From assembly GCA_965153355.1 (NCBI GenBank), contig OZ231126.1, positions 32,550,001 through 32,614,000 of the forward strand: a stretch of 64,000 bases of DNA. Direction: 5' to 3'. Within the stretch, counting starts at the first letter, position 1, and the number at the start of each line of letters is the position of its first letter. The stretch is from Flaccisagitta enflata (taxonomy: Eukaryota). Shown in pieces: positions 1-64,000 of the stretch. A program made the position numbers and the translations under genes. The notes under the pieces are model-generated. The model ran no database searches and was not told the origin of the DNA. It saw nothing but the letters and a program-made list of their open reading frames with translations.

Positions 1-1521
1 AGTGTGAACAACGTTGTGAGCCGTAACCTCACTCAGAGTGCCAAAACTTTTCCCGCACTGGCTGCATCGATGTGGCTTTACTCCGTTGTGACGATTCTTG
101 TGGATTTGTAGTTTGGATTTCGTAATAAATTTTATCCCACATTCTTTGCACTGGTGAGGCAAATCTCCTTTGTGGCGTTTCTGGTGTATGGAGAGAGCTG
201 AAGAATGGCTAAATTTCTTCCCGCATTCGATGCATTCATAGGGCTTCACTCCTTGATGAATATTCGCATGATCCTTTAGAGATATCTTATGAAGAAAAGT
301 TTTTCCGCATTCTTTGCACTCGTGACGATTTCCTTGATGGTGAATTTTATTATGTGTCTCCAGATATGACTTAGTGGAAAATTTATTTCCACATTCAGCG
401 CATTCATAGTTTTGTTGCTTATCCCTGTGGAGTCGTTTATGCCCATTGAGGCTTGTGCTTGTGCTTGTGGAAAAAGTTTGCCCACAATCGATGCATTCAA
501 AAGACTTCTCCTCATTGTGAATTTTTTCATGAGTCTTCAGGCTTGACTTAAGAGAGAATTTCTTGTCACACATGAGACATTCGTGTGGTTTTGAGTCACT
601 GTGCACGGCAAGATGATTTCTCAGTTCAGGGTTCGTGAGGAATTTCTTCCCACATTCATTGCATTCATGATGTTTTTCACCCGCGTGTTTCATTTCATGT
701 CGTTTTAGATCTGAGGCAGTGTTAAAAAGCTTCCCACATTCTTTACATTCTCTCGTTAAAACCCGATTGTGCACCTTGAAATGAATTTTGACTTCAGTTT
801 TTGTTTGAAACTTCAAACCGCAGTTGGAGCATTCATGACGTTTTTGTTGCGTGTGCGTCTTGATGTGAGTTGTGAGATATGATTGGACACTGAATTTCTT
901 GCCACACTCTCCGCATTCAAAATCTGTTTTATCCAAATGCACTCTGCTAATGTGTTGTTTGAGTTCCGCTTCTGTGCGAAAATAGCTTGTGCAATTTTCG
1001 CATCCATGAGGCTTTTCTTCGTTATGAATCAACTGATGCTTCATTAGGTTTGACAAAAAGTCAAATTGTTTTCCACACTGCGAGCAATTGTGTCCCTTTT
1101 CGCCATGGTGAGTTAAGTGGTGCCTTCTGAGTCCCGATTTTTGCGAATAACGCTTATCACAGAGTGAGCACTCATGAGGTTTGCCAGCCGATTGGTGAAT
1201 TCTTTGATGTTGTTTGAAATTTGTTTCCAATAAAAATCGTTTACCACATTCTACACAATGAAAGGCTTTATCGCTTTTGTGGACTAATTCATGTACTTTC
1301 AGTCGAGAACTGTTAAGAAAGGACTTCCCGCACATTTTGCATTCATAAGTCTTTTCTTCAGTGTGGATATTTTCATGAGATTTAAGGTTGAGCTTAGTCT
1401 TAAAATGTTTTTCGCAGTAAAAGCACTCGTGAAGAACATCATCGTGTATCAATCGGTGTTCTTTTAAACGATATTCAAAGAAAAAAACATTTTCCACAAT
1501 CTTTGCATTCAAAGGAAACAT
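1..1521 (-). CDS. Poly-C2H2 zinc finger protein, 3' end beyond the left edge of the window
   Basis: Manual translation of the minus frame ending at base 1 has no stop from 1 to 1638. It gives 17 tandem C2H2 fingers (e.g. CKMCGKSFLNSSRLKVHELVH, CIECGKKFSHSSALSIHQKRH, CSQCGKSFGTLSEVTAHNVVH) with HTEEK/HAGEK/HQGVKP linkers. An 18th, N-terminal finger (CKDCGKCF..EYRLKEHRLIH) is split by a +1 shift at the A-run 1481-1487. In-frame ATG at 1521; the true start is uncertain. Confidence 0.9.
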   Translation of the reverse strand, partial: MFPLNAKIVENVFFFEYRLKEHRLIHDDVLHECFYCEKHFKTKLNLKSHENIHTEEKTYECKMCGKSFLNSSRLKVHELVHKSDKAFHCVECGKRFLLETNFKQHQRIHQSAGKPHECSLCDKRYSQKSGLRRHHLTHHGEKGHNCSQCGKQFDFLSNLMKHQLIHNEEKPHGCENCTSYFRTEAELKQHISRVHLDKTDFECGECGKKFSVQSYLTTHIKTHTQQKRHECSNCGLKFQTKTEVKIHFKVHNRVLTRECKECGKLFNTASDLKRHEMKHAGEKHHECNECGKKFLTNPELRNHLAVHSDSKPHECLMCDKKFSLKSSLKTHEKIHNEEKSFECIDCGQTFSTSTSTSLNGHKRLHRDKQQNYECAECGNKFSTKSYLETHNKIHHQGNRHECKECGKTFLHKISLKDHANIHQGVKPYECIECGKKFSHSSALSIHQKRHKGDLPHQCKECGIKFITKSKLQIHKNRHNGVKPHRCSQCGKSFGTLSEVTAHNVVHT

Positions 1522-2091
1522 TTTCCTGGTGCGATGAATTGAGGCTAGGAATATTCGGCATTTTGAGAAACAAATCGATTTCAGCGGTGACAGTATTTTG
1601 ATCACTTTGACATGTATCGATATTTTTTCGTTGTCAATTCAGTAAAAGATTCGGAGTAAGATGTGTGAAAATGAATGGTTTGAAAACCGAGTGTTTATGT
1701 AATGCGTGATAAGGATGGAGCAAGGAGAAGACCGAGGAATTTTTGGGAGACAGATTGGAGGGCGTATGAGCTGTATTTCTTTTTTTTTTTTGGATCTACT
1801 TGGAAAGGTTCGACATCACCTTGAACTGTATAACCATAAGAGGCAATCCATGATTATACCAGGTGATCTTCAAGGTGATCGAAGCGTTGATAGCTGAAAG
1901 CTGGAAGCGGGAAAGCGAAGATTAGGATCAAGACGGCGTCAGAGAGAGAGAGAGAGAGTCAGACACGGGGATGCAGAGACAAAAAATTAGAGAGTGCGAG
2001 AATAAGAAAGAGAGAAACATGACCATGCAGACCAACAGACACACAAGCAGATGCACTGAGATAGGTTTGTGTCTATGTGCAGTTGACGGTA

Positions 2092-4704
2092 TGTTTTCCC
2101 CCCTCTTGTGCTCAAAAACCATGTACCCGATCGTTTTTGATTATCTTTATAATATTACTACCTAGAACTAAAGAGATTTGGGATTTTTGATCCATTTTAG
2201 GGACCGCGAGTTCCATTTATTTATCACTACTCCAAGGTGGTTGTGGTGAAAATGTTGAAATTTGGTCACTTTGGGCTCAAAATCGGGCCACTTTGCATTT
2301 GAAATTTGACCCAAAATCCATGAGATTAAGAAACTAGAGCTCAAGAGCTAACCAGTGGTGCAATCCGCATGTTGCTATCGTTTTTTGTTGAGATTTGAGA
2401 GCATTTCAAAGATGGAAGGGTATGAGGGATTTTTTACCATATGAATTTGGTAGTCATTTTTGACATTTTTTACAATTTTTGATATATCTCCGCTTTGGAT
2501 GAACAAATTTGGACAAAATTGGTGACCAAATTGAAGAGTTTTTGATGCTCTATCTGAATCTGGTAAAATTTTTGATCGATATGACCCTCAAAATATTTGG
2601 GAGACTCTAGAAGCAGGTGCTAAAAAGTGAATTTTTTCGCCATTTTGGCTACTTTGGTCAAAAAATTTGGGCACTTCCAAGATGAGAAAAGACAAAAAAT
2701 TCATGAGCAAATTAAACTACAGCTCAAGATCTAACCAATGGTGCAATCGGCATGTCAATATGTTAAAGCATATAGATTTGGCAGAGCTTCAAAGATCAGT
2801 CGGTATGATCAAACAACATTTTTTGGTAATTTTGGTCATTTTGGAATCAAAATCGGGCCACATCGCTTTCAAAATTTGACCCAAAATCCATGAGATTATA
2901 AAACTAGAGCTCAAGAGCTAACCAGTGGTGCAATCCGCATGTTTCTATCGCTTTTTGTTGAGATTTGAGAGCATTTCAAAGATGGAAGGGTAAGAGGGAT
3001 TTTGTACCACATGAATTTGGTGGTCAATTTTGATGTTTTTTACAGTTTTTGATATATCTCCGCTTTGGATGGATAAATTTGGACAAAATTGGTGACCAAA
3101 TTGAAGAGTTTTTGATGCTCTATTTGAACTTGGTAAAATTTTTGATCGATATGACTCTCAAATTTTTTGGGAAACTCTATAAGCAGGTGCTAAAAAGTGA
3201 ATTTTTTTGCCATTTTGGCTACTTTGTTAAAAAAATTTGGGCACTTCCGAGATAGAAAAAGACAAAAAATTCAAATATTGATAGCAACCTGCGGATTGCA
3301 CCACTGGTTAGCTTTTGAGTTCTAGTTTTGTTATCTCATGGATTTTGGGTCAAATTTTGTAAGCAAAGTGGCCTGATTTTGAGCCCAAATGACCAAAATT
3401 ACCCAAAATGTCATTTGATCATACCGACTGATCTTTGAAGCTCTGCCAAATCTATATGCTTTAACATATTGACATGCCGATTGCACCATTGGTTAGATCT
3501 TGAACTGTAGTTTAATTAGCTCATGAATTTTTTGTCTTTTTCTATCTCGGAAGTGCCCAAATTTTTTGACCAAAGTAGCCAAAATGGCGAAAAAATTCAC
3601 TTTTTAGCACCTGCTTCTAGAGTCTCCCAAAAAATTTGAGAGTGATATCGATCAAAAATTTTACCAGCTTCAGATAGAGCAACAAAAACTCTTCAATTTG
3701 GTCACCAATTTTGTCCAAATTTGTCCATCCAAAGCGGAGATACATCAAAAACTGTGAAAAACGTCAAAATTGACCACCAAATTCATGTGGTACAAAATCC
3801 CTCGTACCCTTCCATCTTTGAAATGCACTCAAATCTCAACAAAAAACGATAGCAACATGCGGATTGCACCACTGGTTAGCTCTGGAGCTCTAGTTTTATA
3901 ATCTCATGGATTTTGGGTCAAATTTCGAAAGCAAAGTGGTTCAATTTTGAGCCCAAAATGACCAAAATTACCAAAAAATGTCATTTTATCATACCCACTG
4001 ATCTTTAAAGCTCTGCCAAATCTATATGCTTCAACATATCTACATGCCGATTGCACCATTGGTTAGATCTTGAGCTGTAGTTTAATTTGCCCATGAATTT
4101 TTTGTCTTTTTCTATCTTGGAAGTGCCCAAATTTTTTGACCAAAGTAGCCAAAATGGCGAAAAAATTCACTTTTTAGCACCTGCTTCTAGAGTCTCCCAA
4201 AAATTTTGAGGGTCATATCGATCCAAATTTTTACCAGATTCAGTTAGAGCATCAAAAACTCTTCAATTTGGTCACCAATTTTGTCCAAATTTGTTCATCC
4301 AAAGCGGAGATATATCAAAAATTGTAAAAAATGTCAAAATTGACTACCAAATTTATGTGGTAAAAAATCCCTCATACCCTTCCATCTTTGAAATGCTCTC
4401 AAATCTCAACAAAAAACGATAGCAACATGCGGATTGCACCACTGGCTAGCTCTTGAGCTCTAGTTTCATAATCTCATGGATTTTGGGTCAAATTTCAAAT
4501 GCAAAGTGGCCCGATTTTGAGCCCAAAGTGACCAAATTTCAACATTTTCACCACAACCACCTTGGAGTTGTGATAAATAAATGGAACTCGCGGTCCCTAA
4601 AATGGATCAAAAATCCCAAATCTCTTTTGTTCTAGGTAGTAATATTATAAAAATAATCAAAAACGATCAGGTACATGGGTTTTGAGCACAAGAGGGGGAA
4701 AACA
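2092..4704. mobile_element. Foldback / large non-autonomous TIR element with internal ~570-bp subrepeats
   Basis: Termini TGTTTTCCCCC...GGGGGAAAACA, each flanked by TA (2090-2091, 4705-4706). The two arms are reverse complements meeting near 3275, and each arm contains ~570-bp tandem units (2311 vs 2881; 3341/3909/4479). No coding capacity seen. Confidence 0.85.
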
Positions 4705-5120
4705 TAAAAGAACACCGATTGATACACGATGAAAAGGCTTTATCGAAAAGGGACACAATTGCTCGCAGTGTGGAAAACAATTTGACTTTTTGTCAAACCT
4801 AATGAAGCATCAGTGGACTAATTCATGTACTTTCAGTCGAGAACTGTTAAGAAAGGACTTCCCGCACATTTTGCATTCATAAGTCTTTTCTTCAGTGTGG
4901 ATATTTTCATGAGATTTAAGGTTGAGCTTAGTCTTAAAATGTTTTTCGCAGTAAAATGCAGAATACTTGTCACATTCGGGGTTGGTCTCCATGGACTATG
5001 TGAGTAAGTTTATGAATCTTGAGATTGCCTTTCAGATTAAACTTTTGATTACAATCATCGCAAGCGAAGGATTTCACGAGCTGATGAATCCTCTGGTGTT
5101 GACGGAGGAGGTTTTTATCT
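4705..5120 (-). pseudogene. Scrambled partial copy of zinc-finger coding sequence
   Basis: 4705-4732 = revcomp of 1439-1466; 4733-4745 = 1261-1273; 4744-4814 = revcomp of 1032-1102; 4813-4956 = 1279-1422. These are followed by a further finger, CDDCNQKFNLKGNLKIHKLTH. Confidence 0.8.
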
Positions 5121-5496
5121 GCATATATCTTGTGATATCAGCAGCTACAGCCCAATGTGGGACGGTGTGCGACTGTCGATGGGTGTGTATTGGCCAAGTC
5201 TCTCCGATTTTTATGGCAACTCCTTTTAAAGACAGTGATTGTGTGAATTATTTGTGTTTCCTATTTGCTTGAGGTCAATCGTGAATTGGTTAACTCGATT
5301 GACACAATGGAATCGGGGAGCCGGAATCTACGTGTGGGAGTCTGGGAATCGGAAACGACTAACTGACCGATTCAATGACCATCTGACCGACAAACTGACT
5401 GACTGAAAAAGTGTTTCCGGTCATCAGAATCTCGAGCAATGAATTCTCAATCCTCGTGTCTTGAGCGTGTGAAAAAAACGTGAAGTTGAGGACGAG

Positions 5497-5541
<45 letters not shown>

Positions 5542-5723
5542 AGACTGGCAGAGACAGGGAAGAAATAAATAACATGCCCATTAAAAATGACTTAATTTCA
5601 TTCGAATTTTTTCATCTTTTCTACAACAGGTGCATACGCGTTATTCGCGGGTGGACTGTTTTTGATCCTGTTGATCATGAGATGCATCTCTTTACCTCAC
5701 TCTCAATACCATTCCCATATCAG

Positions 5724-28610
<22,887 letters not shown>

Positions 28611-28637
<27 letters not shown>

Positions 28638-28718
28638 ACTGGCAGCAGAATTCTTTTGTCATGAACTGGCAACAAAATTCTTTTGTCATGAAATGGCAGC
28701 AGAATACTGTTGTCTTGA
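28611..28718 (+). repeat. 27-bp tandem repeat x4 of the last 8 codons plus stop of the ATPase
   Basis: ACTGGCAACAGAATTCTTTTGTCATAA followed by three variants, each ending TGA. Confidence 0.9.
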
Positions 28719-29792
28719 TGTGAATAAACACAAAATTGGTATTTCAACAAGCTTCCAGCTCTAAAACTAGTTTGAATTATATTCAACTTTCTATTCAAAT
28801 GAGTTATTGCTACCGTAAGCCCCGCCTGGCCTGATTACATCAATTGGGGTGTCTTCAACTTTTCATTCTCCGGGGTATGTGTTACGTTCAGAAAATCAGT
28901 TTTATGTTCAGAAATGTAAAACCAGTTATTTTTCACCAATGGCTACATTCCAACTGGTAAAATCAGTTTATAAATTTGCCTCATATGTGTACCAGTCTAT
29001 CCCATCTTTGTATATTATCATCCTTGTACAATGTACATACCTTTATAGCAAACTTTGTGAGTATTGAGGTATTTCTCATACCCATACTGCAAGCCTGCTT
29101 GTCGACTACCGTTTGTTAACAATCTTACTTGATTTTGTTCATAACATGGTTGAAGGAAAAAGTGTTTCTTTTGTAAATACATGATATTTTATTGTAATAA
29201 AGAGAACCACTGCATTGGCTCAAAAGTTTGAAATGTTTGAAATGAGATCAAAAGTGAATATTTAGGTAGTTCACCACAATTTTATGATATTTCACGTCTT
29301 GACAAAGGAATGATACAACGATCCTATCATCTTAAGGGACAAGGATATTTATATGATTTATTCATTTGTAGGCAAATGTGAAATACACTTTTTTCTTGTA
29401 TCCTATGACAAGACAATAAGCAATGCCCATAGAAACAGAAGCCGGATTACATACATGTATGCTTTCATTCCGCAAAAATGGACAATAAATGTATATGGTC
29501 TAAACTAAAGATCTGGGAAACAACAACAAAGTTTCCAGATTCTTGAAATCGTATTATATGCACTTATGAAATATAGCATTGAGTGATGGGGGTAATTGCC
29601 ATCGAATTCTAAATTCTATTGAGCTATAATCTATTCTGTCCTTAGTTAACAGTTATACCCAAGGGAAAAAACAGAGAATAGATGCAATTTTGAAGGTAGT
29701 AAAGGCTCACCTTTTGTAACTTAAAGTGGGGTTTTACATTAAGCACTGTGTCGGAGTCTTTTTTTTTCCATGAAAAACATCAGGTTTTACTC

Positions 29793-57833
<28,041 letters not shown>

Positions 57834-59759
57834 TTCTGACAAGGAGGAAACTTGATTATTCTCCGATGTCAGTTTGGTCTAAAACACCACGTCTTCGTAG
57901 AAGGTATCATTTTCTTTTTCAATATTTAGTCCACCCGGATGTAATGTAGATCTTAAATTGTCATCTCCGGATGTGATGTTGATACACAAAAAAGAAAGAA
58001 GACGTCATTCAATCTGTCATCTAACCCATGTTGAAAGTCTTCGATGGGGTTTTGCGACGTAAAAGATATAAAAGATGATTAGTCTTTTATCTTTCTGCTG
58101 TGTTTATTTCTTTAATATCTTTTTGGGAACGCGTGTCAGTGGATTTTTTCAGGATGTCATTAATTTTCTCATCAATCCTTTCCTCGTCTAGGTCAAACAA
58201 ACATCCGTAATTAGAAGAATCAAAAGAGTTTCAAGAATCGATTCTGTTTTTGTTATTTCCTGGAAGGAAGGTGGAAAGTCAAAATTCGCCTGACATGGCC
58301 TAATCGATGATTTGAGTTATCTCTTGATGGATCTAGAACATGGGGACCAACTCAGCTCAGGATTAGACTACTCAGTCCTCTGTTTAGGATGTGGTAAATG
58401 GAGAAAAGCTTTTCTAGTAACACCCTTGACGACCAAAAAGGAAGAATGTCTTTTGTTTTTATGTAGGTCTTTTTTTTTCCGTGGAGAGAAAATTTTGCAT
58501 AAAGACGACAGAAAAACCATACGGAAGATTTTGACAAAGTAGATAGAAGACTGGAAACAAAAGACATCATTTGTTTGATTTACGTACACTTTTTTTTTTT
58601 ATAAGAACCTAGTTTATAAGAACAACAAGGCTTCGAATGGCCCAAAAATTAAGAACATCTTATGAACATACAAAGGCTTCAAATCTTGAGAAAAAAATTT
58701 CGCTTAAAGTAACATTTAAAGAACATTAACAAAACACTAACATTCTAGTATAATTAAGCTAATTTTTTTAAATTTCTAATATAAAAACCAGGAAAATATC
58801 CCGAGACAACATATTTATGAGCATAGCTGCTCATCTGTGTGAGTGTTTTTCAGTATTCTAGTTCATTTAACTCAATCTTTTTTTCTGATTTCAAATAGGA
58901 TAATTAAATGTTTTGAAACATGTCTGAGCAATCAAATACGAAAAAGCACATCAGTGAGTATAGCTGTTTGTCTATTTGGTGATTTTGAGTATTTTAGCTC
59001 ATCTAGCTTATTTGGCTCAGATCTATTTTTCTCTGATTTTCAGTGCAATCAATCTATACAAAAGCTCTTGATTTAATCTAATAAATGAAATAAAATTGCT
59101 GTGAATGATGATAAAAGGAGGGAGGGAAAATCGTTGCAAAAGCGTTAGATGGTCAGCGGTACCCGTTGCCCCTAAGTGTATGTAGGTGTGAGGTGGTTAG
59201 TGGGGCAGCGGCCCCAAAAGGGCCGATGACCTATGCTGATTCTATTTGAGCCTCAAGGCTGGGATTAGGGCCTGGAGGCTGGGATTTGAGCCTGGAGGTT
59301 GGGATTTGTGCCTCAAGGCTGTGATTTGAGATAGGCTGGGATTTGAGCTTCATGGCTGGGATTAGAGCTTCGATGTTGGGATTTGAGCTCTGAGGCTGGG
59401 ATTTGAGCCTTGAGACTAGGACTTGAGCCTCAAGACTAGGATTTGGGCCACGAGACTAGGATTGGAGGCTGGGATTGAGCCTCGAGGCTGGGATTTGAAC
59501 CTCGAGGCTGGGATTTGAACCTCGAGGCTGGGATTTGAACCTCGAGGCTGGGATTTGTGCTTCAAGGCTGGGATTTGAGCTTCGAGGCTGGAATTTGAGC
59601 TTCATGGCTGTGATTTGAGCTTTGAGGCTGGTATTTGAGCTTCAGAGATGGGATTGGTCCTAAAGGAGGTACAAAGAAGAAGAAGAAGAAATAGAAGGAG
59701 AAATTTCTGCATATGTAAAAGCATAGGTCATCAGCCTCTTCGGGGCCGCTGCCCAAAAT

Positions 59760-61432
59760 GGGGCTAGCATTACATTCAGTCTGGATATGAATCTAACTGT
59801 CACAAAAGAGGCATTTCTCAGTGACCCAAAAAACAAATGATTCATTGACTTTCTTTGCGCCAAACTCACAAATCAGGGCTGTCAGGTTTTTTATGACCAA
59901 GCAGATGCAGACCTTCTCATCGTACAAAAGACAATTGAGTCAGCATCCTCAATGGATACAGTTTTGATTGGAGATGACACAGATTTACTTGTCCTCCTGT
60001 TACATCATTTGCCTCAACATGGCAAAGATATTTCTTTTGCTTCAGATTGCAAGAAAAATACAAAAGGACGATTGTGGAGCATTAAAGAGGTCAAAGCAAA
60101 ACTAGGCTCTTTTGTATGCAAACACATGCCAATTTTGCATGCATTTTTAGGGTGTGACATAACATCTTGTTTATTTGGTATTGGAAAAGGGTCCATTATC
60201 AAAAAATTCAGAGAGAATAGATCTCTCCAACAAGCAGCAATAGTCTTTGACAATCGAAATGCCACTCAGGCCCAGATTGATCATGCTGGTGAAGCTGCAT
60301 TTGTTGTAATGTGTAATGGGAAAAAATCAGATACCTTACTAAGCATTGTGACAAAGTTGTCACAAGCTTTACACAAGTGGACCCTTAAGTTTTGCCTCCT
60401 ACCTCAGCTGCTGTCAAGTTTCATAGCAGGCAAGTCTTTCTTCAAACAAATCAATGGAAACATCCCCAATGTGATTTGCTTGCGGAGGAGTGGGGATGTG
60501 TCCGCAAAGATACTGGATTGCACCCTGTACGGATGGATTTGACGCCCGCCCTTGCTGAGCTTTTAAAGATTATTTGATGCAATTGTACCACTGATTGTGC
60601 AACTGCTAGATGCACTTGCAAGAAACATGGAATGAAATGCTCAATGGCTTGAAGACAATAGTGATTCTGAAGAAGACTATCTCTAAACTGTAATCACCAT
60701 TATGACCGTTGTTGTACAGTTTTATTACGTTTTTGTACTTTATTTTTCTCTTTTCAAACATGGGATTTCCATTGTTTGACACATTGTTAAATGCTGAAGC
60801 TTTAAGTGATCATTACTAGGCTAGTTATCCTAAACCAGCATTTTCATAGACTCAAAGATTGAATCTATTAGGCGGATGCATGCAACTTTATAACCCGCAA
60901 TGTTAGTTGGTCGATCTGTTGGTTGGATGGTCTATCTATAACGCTTAGCATTTATGGCATTTATGGGCAGTTTTCTCATTACTGCTCCTGCCCAAATATA
61001 AAGTTAGCCTTTCTTATTACTGTCCCTGTCAACCTGCACACAATTGGTAGCCGTGTATTTGAACTTGTTGTTTAAATTTGAACAATATACTATGAAAATC
61101 AAGCGGTTGATAGGGTGTTTCAGGATACCTAAAAACTTTTTTTTATGTAATTCCTCAAAAAGATATCATGGATGAGTACAAACATGATATTTAATGATTT
61201 TATACAATGTTTTGTATTATTTTTTACATTTTTCAAAGTTTTCTATATATGAATTTGCTTGGATTTCACCATATTTTTTATGCATTTACAAACAGCCCAA
61301 CCAGCCACCATACGGAGGTTCGATTTGGCTAGATTTTTTTTTAGCTTAGCACAACCCATATACAGTGCAAAAACACAAAAAAACTCTGTATTACATTTTT
61401 GTTAAGGTGGATTCTGTTATATCCCTCCTCTA
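59760..61432 (+). mobile_element. Degenerate 3' part of an Academ-like DNA transposon (XPG/PIN-like domain plus Cys-rich finger)
   Basis: ADADLLIV...GDDTDLLVLL...HAFLGCDITSCLFGIGK, LPPT..H..Q..W and CNCTTDCATARCTCKKHGMKC, with stops and frameshifts. A putative terminus ...TATCCCTCCTCTA lies at 61432. Confidence 0.6.
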
Positions 61433-62962
61433 AAGGGGTTTCATGACTTTTCACGACTGTCACTGACTGTGTCTTAATACTGTTGTTATCATGTGAGAGG
61501 TGTTATGATGATTCCGATAAGTGTTCTGTTAGTCTTCAATTTGGTCAATATTATTTTTGCTTTTCTTTAATTTCTGTTTTCCCCGTTTTGTTTTGTATAA
61601 ATTTCTCCCTATTTTTCGCTATTTCGTGAATCCGCCTCTCTTCCTAACCACTTGTTTAAACTATAGCATCGTTAGTGACACTTAGCAAAAAGTCAAGCGC
61701 GGCTTATGGTCGTCACAGACGTCCAAAGATATCAAACCCACTCATCTTCCCCCATTCAAACTCTACCCTACCTCCTCTTCCCAACTTCACAAAACAGCAC
61801 ATCAAACCTCCGTATAGCGTCTTCCCCCTTCCCCCGTTTCCGCCCTACTCCCCTCACCCCCATCAAAAAAAAAAAACAAAAAAACAAAAAAAAAATAGAT
61901 AAATAAAAAAAACAAAAACAAAAATCCACCCCTTGAAAAACCTGTGTTTGGCACCTACCAAAATCGAGTAAAGCGAGTAAATCTATACGTGATTAGTACA
62001 AAGTAGAAATATCCTTCGTGAGATCAGATCAGATCTCGCTCTCTTATGCTGGTTCAGTTTTCATGATTTTTCTACAAGTGGTACACTGGTACAATACCCC
62101 TCACTATACCCAAAATCAACATGGCCAGATACATGGCACCCCATTTGCAGACGGCTGGGCAAGGTCAGGATAGCAAAACATCACATTTCGAAAAGGTTAC
62201 TGGCGGACCAACCGACAGACCGACCGACAGACCGACCAGGACTGGTCCAGACCCAACCCGGACCTGACCAGACCTGTTCTAGATTTTAGTATCCGATACT
62301 AAAGATATGTAAGAGGGCCTTGTGAGCCCTCGGTACGCGCATCTGTTCTGATAAGCCAGAGAGACCTGATTTGAGGACTCAGAGGGCCCCTAAGGTGACG
62401 ATCGGTGGGAGGCGGGGTTATGGAAACAAGGCCCTTGGCCCACGGGTAATAAAAGAAAACCAAGTAGCAAGTAGTCCACCATGGGCGCGCGTGCATCGTT
62501 CGGCTCATGTACATAATGATTAATGAAATTCAGCGGAAATCCGATTTAACGGCCTTAAAGCGACTGGGGAATTTCCGTTGTTAAATCAGAATGTTGTTTA
62601 ATCAAATCTCCTATTTTGAATATTTTGCTTGAAAAATTATTTTAAGGAAAATCAAACAATGGTGGTGAATGAATTGCACTGTGTAGACATTTGTGCAATT
62701 GGCAAACAAAGCAACAGATTAACAGATATAGCCTCTGATAGGCTTGTTTTGATATATTCTCCTATCCACGCTGGGAAACTGATCCCCCCCCCCCCCTGTG
62801 AAAGTGCAGGCTTCTTTAGCATTAACCAGTAATGGCGACTATCGCCAACCAGAAAAAATCGTAAGAGTTGTTTTTGTTCTTCTCAGTTTCTTCTCACTCC
62901 TCATTTCATTTTTCTTCTCTCGCTTTCATTTCTTTTCTTTTCTCTCTTTCATTATCTTTTCA

Positions 62963-63152
<190 letters not shown>

Positions 63153-63330
63153 ATGATTGTGTCGGTTTTTAGATGCGTCCTCGCATCTCTATAATAGGCC
63201 ATGTCCGTCCGTCCGTCCGTCGGTTGGTTACGCATTCGTCAATATCGCGAAACTCGTCATTATTTCGATGTAAAAGTGCATCATCATTATCGTAATCATC
63301 ATTGACATCATCATCATCATCATCATCATT

Positions 63331-63399
<69 letters not shown>

Positions 63400-63469
63400 G
63401 TCGTCGTCATCGTCGTCGTCTTTGTCGTCATCATCGTCGTCGTCCCCATCATAGTCATCGTAAACATCA

Positions 63470-63504
<35 letters not shown>

Positions 63505-63936
63505 ATCAGCGTCATCATCATCGTCATCATTGTCGTCATTGTAGACCTTATAAAGTGAGACTGCATAAAGTAGACCTTATAAAGTGAGACCGTTTTAAGT
63601 AGACCTTATGAAGTGAGACCGTATAAAGTAACACCATATAAAGTAAGACCCTATACAGTGAGACCATATGAAATTAGAACCTATGAACCAAGACCGTATA
63701 AAGAAAGACCATTTAAACCAAGACAAGACGCATCAACATTATCGTCGTCATCATAAACGACATTATTGCCATCATCATAAACATCAGCATCATAGTTACC
63801 ATCATCATCATCATCATCATCATCATCAGCATCATCTTCATTGTTACCATCATCATCATAGGCGTCGTCATCATAATCATCATCATCATTTCCATCGACA
63901 TCATCATTATCATAGTTTCTTTCCCGTCATCATCAT

Positions 63937-64000
<64 letters not shown>

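Noticed and set aside
5630-5723. Upstream acceptor as the true start of the first ATPase exon
   Set aside because: It is 94 nt upstream, so its use puts TM4 out of frame.
62300-62520. GC-richer patch with a half X-box as promoter of the lebercilin-like gene
   Set aside because: Only a partial motif match and no evidence for a transcription start.

Overview
Repeat- and microsatellite-rich eukaryotic DNA with spliceosomal introns. It is probably an arthropod, possibly a crustacean; this is inferred only from the actin sequence and SSR load. Four host genes were reconstructed by hand. (1) A poly-C2H2 zinc-finger ORF on the minus strand runs off the left edge; the ORF track misses it. (2) Thirteen in-phase exons (5724-28637, +) encode TM3 to the C-terminus of a very divergent Na+/K+-ATPase-like P2C alpha subunit. 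The frame is intact but many near-invariant catalytic and ion-binding motifs are substituted (PEGL>PHGV, DKTGT>DKTGP, KGAPE>TGAAE, TGD>TDD, GDGVND>GNCIND, SNIPE>SNFPQ, no KETYY), making it a candidate pseudo-pump. (3) A convergent lebercilin (LCA5)-like coiled-coil gene (-) has two lebercilin-like repeats. (4) A complete, divergent 4-exon actin gene (+) appears nested in the ~21.7 kb first intron of gene 3. Many exon boundaries of genes 2 and 3 are followed or preceded by short tandem 'echo' copies of the splice junction or stop codon, several with mostly synonymous differences. The rest is transposon-derived: a foldback element, MITEs, Helentron/HINE-like elements, BEL/Pao, CR1-like, Penelope-like and Academ-like fragments, a 4x841-bp array and many SSRs. 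All family assignments come from recalled motifs; no database searches were run.
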